Shown: one piece after another, positions 43,035 through 53,400 of the stretch | Position numbering within the stretch: the first letter of the stretch is position 1 | Layout: each line of letters opens with the position of its first letter | IMG/VR virus record: IMGVR_UViG_2579778606_000002 | Coordinates: 1 to 64,000 of that record | Length of the DNA stretch: 64,000 bases | Reading direction: 5' to 3' (one strand) | DNA from: a virus | Lineage: Duplodnaviria; Heunggongvirae; Uroviricota; Caudoviricetes | Program-made: the position numbers and the translations under genes | The notes under the pieces: model-generated | Database searches by the model: none | The model's input: the letters and a program-made list of their open reading frames with translations, nothing else | Told to the model about the DNA's origin: nothing

Positions 43035-46000
43035 TTAATACCCATAAGCAACATACTGTGCATATATTTTATCAGTGGAGCTACTTTTCACTGTAAAACC
43101 AGTGGCTGAGTGGTTGTATGTATAAAGAATTGAATTGACAGCATTCCCGCTGTGAGGCGAAATCACAACTACCGCACACGCCTCAGGAAAAGCAGTCGGA
43201 AATTTAACCACGCTTCCTGGAGTTAAATTTGTTATAAACCCCCACTGCATCATCACCTTAGTTGATGTATCCTTATGCCATCCATGAATGTTGGCATATG
43301 CTGTGTTTTTAGCCTGATATTTCGTGTTGAAATTACTATAGTTACCAGGGGTAATCTGACCAGCGGCAGATAAATTCCCCATAACCCTTACATGACCATC
43401 AGCACGTCCTAATTCTACGCGACCATCACCGCCATCTATCTTTAATGGAGTGTAAACGACATCACCATTAACATTTTGCCCAGTGGTTGATATCTGGAAA
43501 CTATATCCAGTATTAGTTATTAGGAATCCATAGTTATTATTATAAGTTAGGCGTATAGCATTTTGGCTGCTGGATATAATTTCACCGGTAACAGTACCAC
43601 CTGTTGTTGGTAACGCACCAACATGACTTGCCGTTAATCTGATGTCTGCAGAACCATCAAAAGCCACTCCACTTATTTTTCTGGCAGTTTTTAACTTTGT
43701 CGCTGTAGCTGCATTACCACTTGTATTTTGATTTCCGGCAATATTAACGCCCGGAAGATTGATGTTTGCTGTACCATCAAACGAAACCCCGCCGATTGTG
43801 CGTGCCGTCTGAAGTTTCGTTGCAGTTGCAGCATTGCCGGTAGTGCTCTGATTACCTGTTTTATTCACGCCCGGCAGGTCGATATTGGCACTACCATCAA
43901 ATGACACCCCGCCGATTGTGCGTACTGTTTGCAGTTTTGTTGCAGTTGCAGCATTACCGTTCAAACTACCATTGATGCCGCCAGTAACATTGAGTCCATT
44001 ACCGATCGTAACAGCACCATTGGCATTGTTAATGATAAGCGGCCTTAACCTATTATAGGTTCCAAGATTGTCACCCGAGGCGGTCAACATGAAATATGTG
44101 TTTGAACCATCGTTTCGGATAAAGAATCCGTAGTTTCCGTAGGCAATGCGCAGACCATTCACCGATCTTGAAATGATCTCACCAGTAGCCGTTAAACCGC
44201 CGTTGAGATTTCCTCCGGTTATTGGTAATGCGCCGACATCCGTGGCGGTCGGTTTAATGTGCGAACTGTAAATTACATATACAGTTCCATCTGTCAGACC
44301 TGTTGGTTTATTCGCTGTATAAGATGGTGATGTATGAATCGTTACGCTGGCGTTACTGGTATAATCCCACTGAATATTAACACGTGTGGTGAAATTACCT
44401 ATTTCAACATAAACATCATAGGTATCACCGGATGTATTCACCCATGCAAAATTAGTAAATCCAACCGATGTCCGTCGCCATAACGCACCAGAAAGACCTT
44501 TTGGATTCCCATTTCCCGCACGAAGAACAAGTTCAGATATACCAGCCTGCATAGGGGAGTTAACATTATATCCAGAACCACCAATCAGGCTTATGTAAAC
44601 CACGGAACTGGACTGTGGCATGGTTACAGTTGCCAGCTTGAACCATCCAGTACCACCACTAAAAGACATTGTTGTTGAGTTGATCGTGCCTATAGACCTT
44701 GGAGTTAGCTCAATGTTTTTAGAACCGTCAAACAACACCCCATTTATAGTTCTAGCGGTTTGTAACTTGGTCGCTGTCGCTGCATTACCGGATGTATTCT
44801 GATTACCCGCAACGTTAACACCAGGTAAATTAATATTCGCAGTACCATCAAAGCTAACTCCGCCGATAGTTCTTGCCGTCTGTAGTTTTGTAGCAGTTGC
44901 TGCATTGCCAGTTGTATTCTGATTGCCAGTGGCATTCACACCAGGAATGGAGTCCCTTGATGTATATACCTGCGCCCACGCTGACCATGCCGCATCAGTG
45001 TGATCTCTTCGGGAGCGAATGAAAACCGGCGCATGTGCACCGCTCGTACCACTCCAGCCAATAAGCAACTCGCCCTCACCAGCAGCACTCGCACCTTTCA
45101 TGTGCAATACGTTGCCATACGCGGTCGGGTAGCTATTGTTGTACGCCTCATACATCTGCAATCCAGTAGCAGCACCTTGTGTTGTATCGGTGAGCGCAGT
45201 AACACGCCCTCTGGACGTAATTGTTGGTATCGAAATGTTCGCAGAGCCATCAAACTTAACACCGTTGATTGTGCGTGCTGTTTGCAGTTTTGTTGCAGTT
45301 GCAGCATTGCCGGTAGTGCTCTGATTACCTGCTTTATTCACGCCCGGCAGGTCGATATTGGCACTACCATCAAATGACACCCCGCCGATTGTGCGTACTG
45401 TTTGCAGTTTCGTAGCGGTTGCAGCATTGCCGGTAGTGCTCTGATTACCTGCTTTATTCACGCCCGGCAGGTCGATATTGGCACTACCATCGAACGACAC
45501 TCCGCCGATCGTTCGAGCTGTCTTGAGCTTTGTGGCAGTATCTGCGTTTCCCGTCAAATTACCAGTAATACCACCGCCAACTTTTACGCCGTTACCGATG
45601 GACACCAACCCAGTTCTTAAGTTTATAGAAAATGGTCTTAATGGCCCGATGTCACCATTTTCACCCTCCCCTTCATTTGTCGGGATAAGATGAAGAGATT
45701 CCTCGGATCTCCTGAAGATAAGGCCAAAGTCCTGGTTAAATATTCGAAGCGCATTTATTGTGCCAATTTTTAGCTGCCCCCCCATTGTGTCGCCAGAACG
45801 CTGAACTGCGTTACCAGCTTGAGAAGCAATATCCGTTAAGCCAAGATCTTCCGGAGTCAGAGTAATATCTGCCGACCCATCAAATGCCACACCGTTAATC
45901 TTTCTGGCTGTTTTTAATTTCGTCGCAGTATCGGCGTTCCCGGTCAGCGTACCAGTGATCCCCGCGCTGAAAGTCTGGCGTGCACTCCAGGTATTAGCTG

Positions 46001-47255
46001 TGCTCAACAGGGGGAGCTTTTCTCCGCTGGTTCCGAGTTCTCTTAAACCAAGGTATTGGATAACAGCCAGCGTGCTTGTTTTAGCAAGAATATCGCGACC
46101 GACTGACGTTAAATCAGTCTGGGCTACAGTGTCTGTTCCGGTAAAGTACGGTAATTTATTTGCCCCCGTCGCCAGGCCAGCGAGCGCGGTTAAGGTTGCG
46201 TCGAGAGGCTGCTTACCTGCCAGGGCATTTGTCATTGTAGTCGCAAAGTTCGGGTCATTGCCCAGCGCCGCAGCAAGCTCATTAAGAGTATCAAGAGCTT
46301 CTGGTGATGAGCCGACCAATGCAGAAATAGCGGCACGAACATAAGCGGTTGTTGCAATCTGAGTGTTGTTCGTACCTTGTGACGCCGTAGGAGCTGTTGG
46401 AACCCCCGTAAATGCCGGGCTTAATAACGGCGCTTTAAGAGCTAAAGCATCATTAATCGTCTGGCTAAACTGGGGATCATTGTTTATTGCATCTGCAATT
46501 TTTTTCAGCGTATCCAACGCTGAAGGAGAACCATCAATAAGGGCGGTTATAGCGGCCTGAACAAAGGCAGCGTTTGCGATTTGTGTACTGTTTGTACCTT
46601 GTTCCGGAGTTGGAGATGTAGGGACACCTATAAATTCCGGGCTATCAACCGGAGCTTTAAGTTTATTTAACGTGCTGATAGCAAGTGGGGTTGCAGCTTT
46701 ATATTCTTCGTCACTATCCAAAGCACTGGAGAACTCAACACCTACAGCACGATTAGCGCGATATTTAGTGCTAATCATATCTGCGGTGACGGCTTGAGCA
46801 TTGTCAGGCACGATCACTCGGCATAGCTCAATCTGGTTAGATGCTATGCCCTCATCAACGAGAGCTATAATTCTCGCTGCGCTAATATCCGATGAACTAT
46901 CTACCTGGCTGGTTTTCACTCCATGTTCGTAATTAGCTTCAAGAACGATGATTGTCGTTACACCTGCTTCTACAGGAACAACAACATCACTGACTTGCTG
47001 CACGGATATCTGACATTTACCCACGTCAACTGAAGCCGCCCCTCTTCCCTCTGTTTTCTCGGATGTAATCCGCACAAACAGGCCATCCCCTGGCACCGGT
47101 TCAAACCCACAGTACACACCGGGCAGAACGATATTTTTCATCTTCCTGTTTAGAGCTTCGGTGCTATACAGCTCAAAGTATTGCATGTCTGCAATTAGTG
47201 GAGCGGAAATGTCCGAAGATAAGGTGACAATGTTCTTTACTTTATCTGCGCACAT
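43035..47255 (-). CDS. tail fibre protein (S-like), 1406 aa, with at least 7 internal ~40-aa repeats
   Basis: Repeated NxTGNQxTxGNAATATKLQTARTIGGVSFDGSANI units; followed by Tfa gene. Confidence 0.75.
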   Translation of the reverse strand: MCADKVKNIVTLSSDISAPLIADMQYFELYSTEALNRKMKNIVLPGVYCGFEPVPGDGLFVRITSEKTEGRGAASVDVGKCQISVQQVSDVVVPVEAGVTTIIVLEANYEHGVKTSQVDSSSDISAARIIALVDEGIASNQIELCRVIVPDNAQAVTADMISTKYRANRAVGVEFSSALDSDEEYKAATPLAISTLNKLKAPVDSPEFIGVPTSPTPEQGTNSTQIANAAFVQAAITALIDGSPSALDTLKKIADAINNDPQFSQTINDALALKAPLLSPAFTGVPTAPTASQGTNNTQIATTAYVRAAISALVGSSPEALDTLNELAAALGNDPNFATTMTNALAGKQPLDATLTALAGLATGANKLPYFTGTDTVAQTDLTSVGRDILAKTSTLAVIQYLGLRELGTSGEKLPLLSTANTWSARQTFSAGITGTLTGNADTATKLKTARKINGVAFDGSADITLTPEDLGLTDIASQAGNAVQRSGDTMGGQLKIGTINALRIFNQDFGLIFRRSEESLHLIPTNEGEGENGDIGPLRPFSINLRTGLVSIGNGVKVGGGITGNLTGNADTATKLKTARTIGGVSFDGSANIDLPGVNKAGNQSTTGNAATATKLQTVRTIGGVSFDGSANIDLPGVNKAGNQSTTGNAATATKLQTARTINGVKFDGSANISIPTITSRGRVTALTDTTQGAATGLQMYEAYNNSYPTAYGNVLHMKGASAAGEGELLIGWSGTSGAHAPVFIRSRRDHTDAAWSAWAQVYTSRDSIPGVNATGNQNTTGNAATATKLQTARTIGGVSFDGTANINLPGVNVAGNQNTSGNAATATKLQTARTINGVLFDGSKNIELTPRSIGTINSTTMSFSGGTGWFKLATVTMPQSSSVVYISLIGGSGYNVNSPMQAGISELVLRAGNGNPKGLSGALWRRTSVGFTNFAWVNTSGDTYDVYVEIGNFTTRVNIQWDYTSNASVTIHTSPSYTANKPTGLTDGTVYVIYSSHIKPTATDVGALPITGGNLNGGLTATGEIISRSVNGLRIAYGNYGFFIRNDGSNTYFMLTASGDNLGTYNRLRPLIINNANGAVTIGNGLNVTGGINGSLNGNAATATKLQTVRTIGGVSFDGSANIDLPGVNKTGNQSTTGNAATATKLQTARTIGGVSFDGTANINLPGVNIAGNQNTSGNAATATKLKTARKISGVAFDGSADIRLTASHVGALPTTGGTVTGEIISSSQNAIRLTYNNNYGFLITNTGYSFQISTTGQNVNGDVVYTPLKIDGGDGRVELGRADGHVRVMGNLSAAGQITPGNYSNFNTKYQAKNTAYANIHGWHKDTSTKVMMQWGFITNLTPGSVVKFPTAFPEACAVVVISPHSGNAVNSILYTYNHSATGFTVKSSSTDKIYAQYVAYGY
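45301..45540. repeat. tandem 120-bp direct repeat inside tail fibre gene (45301..45360 identical to 45421..45480); further diverged copies near 43820..43950, 44770..44900, 45850..45950
   Basis: Exact 60-nt identity read directly from sequence. Confidence 0.8.
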
Positions 47256-47257
47256 AA

Positions 47258-47704
47258 TTATCCCTCGACCTGTTCAATGGTCATGAGCAAGCTGTATCGC
47301 TTACCTTTGAATAAGGTGTCCTGTTGAGTACAAACAACCCCAAAAGCCTGATCCTCTGCATCTACGAGAACCAGCGTATTGAAATCGTAAGGTGTATCGT
47401 CCGGCATCGTTTCTTGTGGAAAAGCGGCATTAATCGTAATGACACCATCGAGGCTGGAAAGAATGAGATTGGATTCAGCAAAATGCTGTGCATCACTTAA
47501 CTTGAAGTCGAGCGGAATATCAGAAATAGTCCAGCCACCAGCACTATTTACAGTCACAAGATCGGACTTGCACCAATAAGCCTTTGTCATAACAAAACGC
47601 TCACCTCTGCCGATTGCAGACTCTGCACGGCGAGAGTAGTAGTAAGAAAGGAGTTGCGCCTTGTAAATACTGGAATCGCTTTGGGATTTTAAAGTTTCAG
47701 CCAT
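47258..47704 (-). CDS. hypothetical tail protein, 148 aa (upstream of tail fibre; P1 R-like position)
   Basis: ORF, 3-nt gap to tail fibre start. Confidence 0.4.
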   Translation of the reverse strand: MAETLKSQSDSSIYKAQLLSYYYSRRAESAIGRGERFVMTKAYWCKSDLVTVNSAGGWTISDIPLDFKLSDAQHFAESNLILSSLDGVITINAAFPQETMPDDTPYDFNTLVLVDAEDQAFGVVCTQQDTLFKGKRYSLLMTIEQVEG

Positions 47705-47820
47705 ACGAACATAGCCCCTTTAACAAGCAATAAATCGAAGGGCAGTATGTTCAGTTTGTGATTTCCAGTGGTCTTTTGTTTTGAGAAATGGCCCCACCTA
47801 GGTTGGCGGGGCCTGGTTTG

Positions 47821-48663
47821 CTAAGGTGCAAAATTATAATCCAGCGCCCAGGCGTCGAGCGGGAGTTCATCGAGATGAAGCACTCTTTCCCTCGTTCGGT
47901 CTGGCCTTCCTGCGAACTGGATGCCGCCTATTTGAATGATCGTATCGCTAATAGATAGCTCATCGACCATCTCTTGCGTCGTGTACACCCCCTCAATAAA
48001 GGACACTTCCGCAGATAAGCAATTCAGGATCTCCGCCATTTCCGGCAATGTTGCGCTTAACTGGAAAGAAACACCATCAAACACGATATGCAATGGCAAT
48101 AGCGGCGCTATAACCGTATCAAAATCAGCAAGTAGCTTCTGTACAGCAACGTCTCGGTCACCGCTATCATAAGCTCGATACAGCTTATTTTGGTTGACGA
48201 CAACCAGCCCTCTGGATGTCAGGAAAAACTCACCATATTGTGCCTGAGCGGTCGGTATTTCATTTGCGGTCGCGAAGAATGAACCATAGGGATGTTTTTC
48301 TGTATCGACAGGCGCATACAAAGGTTCCCATGAGACGGGGATTGTGCCAAATTCACGCCAGAACGTTTGCTCTATCGGCCTTACTGTTCCTTTGAAGTGC
48401 ACCTCATCCAGTCGTTGAGCTAATAGCATTGGCCTGCGTGTTTTGTCCGTTTCTGTGATAACAAAGAAACGACCATATTCAGCAATGCGAGTGTCCATAT
48501 CCTCCCTTGCCATTGTGAAAAACGATTTACGGTTGCTTATTCGCGTGAGAATAGGTTCAACCGATTCATTCCACACGTCCTGAATCGTATCAACAAAGGC
48601 GGCCCACAATTTAGAATCCTGTTTAAATTGCGTCAGACGCTCTTTTAGCCAGTTATTCTGCAT
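47821..48663 (-). CDS. hypothetical baseplate/tail protein, 280 aa
   Basis: Operon context between baseplate J-like and tail fibre genes. Confidence 0.4.
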   Translation of the reverse strand: MQNNWLKERLTQFKQDSKLWAAFVDTIQDVWNESVEPILTRISNRKSFFTMAREDMDTRIAEYGRFFVITETDKTRRPMLLAQRLDEVHFKGTVRPIEQTFWREFGTIPVSWEPLYAPVDTEKHPYGSFFATANEIPTAQAQYGEFFLTSRGLVVVNQNKLYRAYDSGDRDVAVQKLLADFDTVIAPLLPLHIVFDGVSFQLSATLPEMAEILNCLSAEVSFIEGVYTTQEMVDELSISDTIIQIGGIQFAGRPDRTRERVLHLDELPLDAWALDYNFAP

Positions 48664-48672
48664 TGTGACCTC

Positions 48673-50103
48673 TTACGGATAGGTTATGCTGAACGTTGAT
48701 GATTCCACGTCCAGATAAACAAAATCATTAAAGTACACAGCTTCTTTCATGTTCTGCGTAGCCACGTCATAAGACAGGAACATATCCAGCGATTCGATTA
48801 CTCGCCAGATATCTTTTACTTTGACCTGTGCATAACATTGCTGTGAATCGTCATCACTCTGCAATAGCTGGCTAAATGACATGGAGTCTTTACCGAAGTT
48901 CTCCTCCAGTGCCGCTTTAATTGCAGTTAGCGCGTCATCCACCAGCACACTCTTTTTTACGATACCGGTAAATTTGATGTTGAACGGCTGTTCATTGGTG
49001 GCGACGTATTCGAACTTCTTATTCAGCTCATTAGGGATACTCTCAAGGGCTGATAATATCTCTGTTTTCAGAGCTTCCTGTGTTACGCCGGGCTTGTGCC
49101 CACAAAAGAAAATTTTGTTGATATTACGCACATCAAAGCCCGTGATTTTCTCCTGTAGCGCCTCCCCCCACACGTTAAGCCATGACGTGCCACTGACCAC
49201 GTTCTGAATGAACTGGCGGTAATCACCGCCCCAAACAACCTGCTCATCGTAGGCCACATAATACTGCGCCCTGTTTCGGGTTTCCTCGGTAGTTTCCATG
49301 CCACCACCGCCAGAAATGATCGAATCGGTTTTTACTTCCAGTGATTCGACATACCCGGAGATGTTCCCTGCTGGTTCAAGTTTCTGGCCTTCAGCCAGCG
49401 TGTAATCACCGAGGCTTGCCATAATATCAATGCGTACCTGACTCCCTGCCGCTGGCATCATCCCCATTGATCCATCACCGAAGCGCACGCCGATCTGTTC
49501 TGTCGGCTTATAAACCAACACATAATGTTTACTGTTATCCCTGGACATGCGGAACAGGGGGTTATGTGTCCATTTTTCCTCGACACCATTAGTTATCACG
49601 ACAACTTCCAGGCTGGCGACTTCTGCTGTTAACTCACGGGAAAGTAACAGCGTCAAGAATGGTGTTTCTTGCACCACGTCGAACGTTACGCTGACTGCTT
49701 CATGCTGTTTTACTTCTATGCCGGGTACTGTTTCACCAGCAGGGATAACAACACTACTGCTGGTTGCAATTGGTGTCTGGTCACTTGTCAGTAATTCAGC
49801 CCCTCCGGGTAGCGTAATATCCCTGTCGGTTTTGTTGGTGATGGAAACAGTGCCGTATGACGCATCGACCAAACGACCGACATAGCCACGGTCTTCCGCT
49901 GCCGCGAGAATACTTGCTCTACGCGTCGCGGTGGAAATGAATCCTTCTGTAAGTGCACGGCTTGCAAATGTACGCGCAATATAAACAATCTGCGCGCCCA
50001 AAACGGACTGCATTTGAATAAACTGGCTGTTTACAAATCGCGCCCACCAGGGGTTTTCGTTCAGCTTGGCATTAAACTTGTCCAGTAATTCGGTAATACT
50101 CAC
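48673..50103 (-). CDS. baseplate J-like protein
   Basis: 476 aa; overall resemblance to gpJ/T4 gp6 family; operon context with gp25-like gene. Confidence 0.5.
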   Translation of the reverse strand: MSITELLDKFNAKLNENPWWARFVNSQFIQMQSVLGAQIVYIARTFASRALTEGFISTATRRASILAAAEDRGYVGRLVDASYGTVSITNKTDRDITLPGGAELLTSDQTPIATSSSVVIPAGETVPGIEVKQHEAVSVTFDVVQETPFLTLLLSRELTAEVASLEVVVITNGVEEKWTHNPLFRMSRDNSKHYVLVYKPTEQIGVRFGDGSMGMMPAAGSQVRIDIMASLGDYTLAEGQKLEPAGNISGYVESLEVKTDSIISGGGGMETTEETRNRAQYYVAYDEQVVWGGDYRQFIQNVVSGTSWLNVWGEALQEKITGFDVRNINKIFFCGHKPGVTQEALKTEILSALESIPNELNKKFEYVATNEQPFNIKFTGIVKKSVLVDDALTAIKAALEENFGKDSMSFSQLLQSDDDSQQCYAQVKVKDIWRVIESLDMFLSYDVATQNMKEAVYFNDFVYLDVESSTFSITYP

Positions 50104-50474
50104 GCTGTATCTCCGCTATCTTTCTGCATAACAACATTCACGGTGCCTCCTTTTGCCTGGAAGCTAATTAGTAACTGGTCTTCAGAGACAGTCGCGCAGC
50201 GGATCGCCTGGAGTCCAAGCCCTGGTAAGTCCTGCTGTAGCTTCGTCATCATTCGCGCTTCAATCGCCACTTCAACAATGTGTGACGTATCAGAACCGAA
50301 GGGTTCGTGTTTGAACTCCTCCATCGGATTCCCCCATGACGGCAATCCGTAAACGCTGCCATTTGGTGTCCGTAGCCATTCATCGAGTCGGGCTATCCAG
50401 GCGTTTGTGTCGCCTTCAGCGATCACCACCCCGCTCTCGTTTGTCTGAAGGCGGGCATCAATCTCATAAAGCAT
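50100..50474 (-). CDS. baseplate wedge protein (GPW/gp25-like), 124 aa
   Basis: Size and position upstream of baseplate J-like gene; weak motif resemblance. Confidence 0.45.
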   Translation of the reverse strand: MLYEIDARLQTNESGVVIAEGDTNAWIARLDEWLRTPNGSVYGLPSWGNPMEEFKHEPFGSDTSHIVEVAIEARMMTKLQQDLPGLGLQAIRCATVSEDQLLISFQAKGGTVNVVMQKDSGDTA

Positions 50475-50479
50475 CAGTC

Positions 50480-53400
50480 TTAATCCTCCAGTAATTTGTC
50501 AAGAGATGGGTCATTGATAGTCGTGCTGGCACGCTGACGAGGTTGTGGTTGTGATGTGTTCACAACTTTGTCCTGATCGCCTTTGCGGTTGTCTTTGCTT
50601 ACGCCAAGAATCTCTTTGAGAACGGAATAAACGTTCTCCAGTGCTTTCAACATAGCCGGATCGTTATTTGCGGTATCTGTTGTTAGCATCTGCCTTATTC
50701 CGCTTCGTGCGAGGTCCGTGACGGTTGGTAGCTGAGGAGGCATTGCAAGGAACGGTTCTTTAGCAGCCACGCCCGAAGCAAACAGGCTTTGATTGATTGC
50801 GCCAGTCGTGTCCCTGATCGTATCCGCCGTTTTCTGTATGCCACCATTCAGCCAACCGCCAACACTCCTTGTTAACGGACTAATAGCGCGAGCAACATCG
50901 GTATTCTGTCCAGAGGACTGCAATACAAAGTCATTTAACATTCCGGTGCTATCAATACCGCCCACAAGTCGCGAGAGGTTATCTCCAACGGCGGGGAGGA
51001 CGGCGGAGCCTACCTGGTTAAGCCCTGACACAGTTGAATCAAATAGCGAGCCAAAGAAGCCCCTGTCCTCACCTTCAACCACCTTGTAGCCGTTGTCGTA
51101 AATCTGCACACCCGCCGGTGTCGATGTGGCACGCTTCTCGCTGATGGTTGCCGGACTCTCCGGAAGCAGGTCAATGGTTTCTGTATCGCGGTTAACGTTG
51201 CGCTTTTGCTGTATAGCCGTAGTGATATCGGCGATCGGTTCCGCCTTCTGGAAACTAAAGTTTTTGCCCGTTGCTCTGGATATTTTTTCAACAAGAAACT
51301 TATCCAATTGCTTGGCTTTTGCTGCTAACGAGGACATCTCTTCCGGAGAACTGGCAGGGCCGAGATTTAGCCCCATATTGGGATCTCCCCCAACTATCCC
51401 GGCGATGACGCCCCCAACACCGTCTGCACTCATTAACCGCTCCGTCAATCCGGCTGCGGCGGAAGAATTGCCACTAGCTTTCGCGTGGCTGATCGCTTGG
51501 GCATTTTCCTGTTGAGCTGCCTTCGGTTTTTTAGCTGCCTGTGCGTGTTGAACCACGTCAGTAGGGCTAGGCATTACAGCCTGGGCTACGCTTGACGCAG
51601 GAATAGCAGAAGATGAGCCGTTGGCGTATTTGACTTTGCTACCGACACTATATTGGGAGTTGCGAGCGATTAGAGGACCGCCCTTTTCCTTCTGGATTTT
51701 ATTAATGTGTTCCAGCGTTTCATTATTGAATTGCCCTTCCCAACGCCCAGTTTTAGCGTTGAATGAACCAAGAGCTGTTTTGATGAAATTGTTGTTAACC
51801 GCCGGGTTACCCCCCTCCTTCGTCGCAATAGCGCGAACAAGGTGCGTCATAACTTCAGGGTTGCTAACGTCTATTTTATCGTTGGGGGATACCCCTAGAT
51901 ATTTGCTGACGTTTTCAATGTACTGATTGGTGTTGTTCTCTGTTGGTGGTGCCCATTTTGAAATGATGCTGGATACTGTTTGCAGCTTCTGATACCCAGC
52001 GGCAGCACTTGTACCGTTGTAATAACTCGATACCTGGTTTGCCAATGCCCGAATCCCTTCTTCGGGCGTATTAAACCGCGCAAAACGCTGTTCGCCTTTC
52101 GCGTTCGGCGCTTCCAGTACCGCCCCCTCCTGATTTGCAAAAACCAGGTTCCCCAGGTTGTTATTCCGGTAATTCCTGTTCTTGGCGTTGCTTCCGCCTA
52201 TATTCAGATCAGTCGTTATTGTATTTTTTTCAGGCGCTTTAAATTCGTCTGGCGATTTGTAGCCGTGTTCACCCACGCCATCCTCACCTCTGCGCCCGCC
52301 CTGTAGCTGTCGGGCCAGATCATTAATTGCGGCTACCGTTTGCTTGGTGCCATCTTCAACGGCTTTCTTAACCTGCGCAGTGCCTTCGCTGCTTGATGAG
52401 AACGATTCTTTTAGGCTGCTGAATGCGTTCTTCGACGCGTCGATAGAACTATTTATGCCGCGAGCAATATTGCTGGTATCAAGACTCTGAAGTTTTTGTC
52501 CGACACCTTCAAAGCCTAGCGCGGACATCCCCTCGCCAATGAGGTTAGCCGCTCCCGTCACCAGACCGCCCATATCCAGGACGTTAGCAGCGGCATAGGC
52601 GCTCTTTTGCTGTGTTGTAACGTCCTGCCCTTCCTTCAGGTTATAAGTCGCCCTCTGCGCTTCTGTGTCGCTGTAGCCGTCTACGGCATCATAACCAACC
52701 ATAGCCACCTGGCCGATGACTGGAATCGCCCTGAATCCGGCCCTTGCGGCAACACCTCCGGCAGCTTTGAGAGCCACTTTTCCAGCTTCTTTTTTCGCGA
52801 TGTTTTCACCAGTGACAACGGCAACCTTACCCGCCTCTTTCCTGGTAAGGCTTTCCCCTGCGGAAGTTGCCGCTTTACCAGCGTCTTTCCCTGCCGCTCC
52901 ACCAGCCGCCGTTTTGGCTACACTTTCTTCAGTGACCTTACCTGCTCTGGTTTTAACTGAAGATTTATCACCCGATGATTTTGGTGAGGTACTACCCTCG
53001 TTCCCACCAGCATTTTTTGTCCGATTTTTTTCCTCGCCCGCACTGTTGTTTTTGCCTGGCTGATTTTTTTTCCCCTCTTTGCCTTCCTGACTCCTGCCCG
53101 TCTCAGTAGGTTTGCTGGTGTTTTTTCCCTTCTTGCCCTTGTTTTCTTTACTGTCTCCAGTGCGGCCCGTGTTGCCACCACGTGCACTGCTACGACCGCG
53201 TGTAGGGGATATTTTGGTACGTAATCTGCCACCGCCGAGGAGGTCGCTCAGTTTTAGCCCACTCTCCTGCGACTTTCGTAGTTTCCGGATCTCTTCGGAT
53301 ACAGTTTCCAGCTCATCAATTATCTGGCTGTCGTTGCGTTGAAGAACTTTCGTTTGTTCTTCGATCGCACGTACAGATTTTTCTTTAACGGCTTCAGTAA

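Noticed and set aside
42120-43035. Invertible C-segment with cin invertase next to the tail fibre and tfa genes, as in P1
   Set aside because: No serine-recombinase ORF and no inverted duplication of the fibre 3' end within 2 kb; only a small orphan gene and terminator are present.
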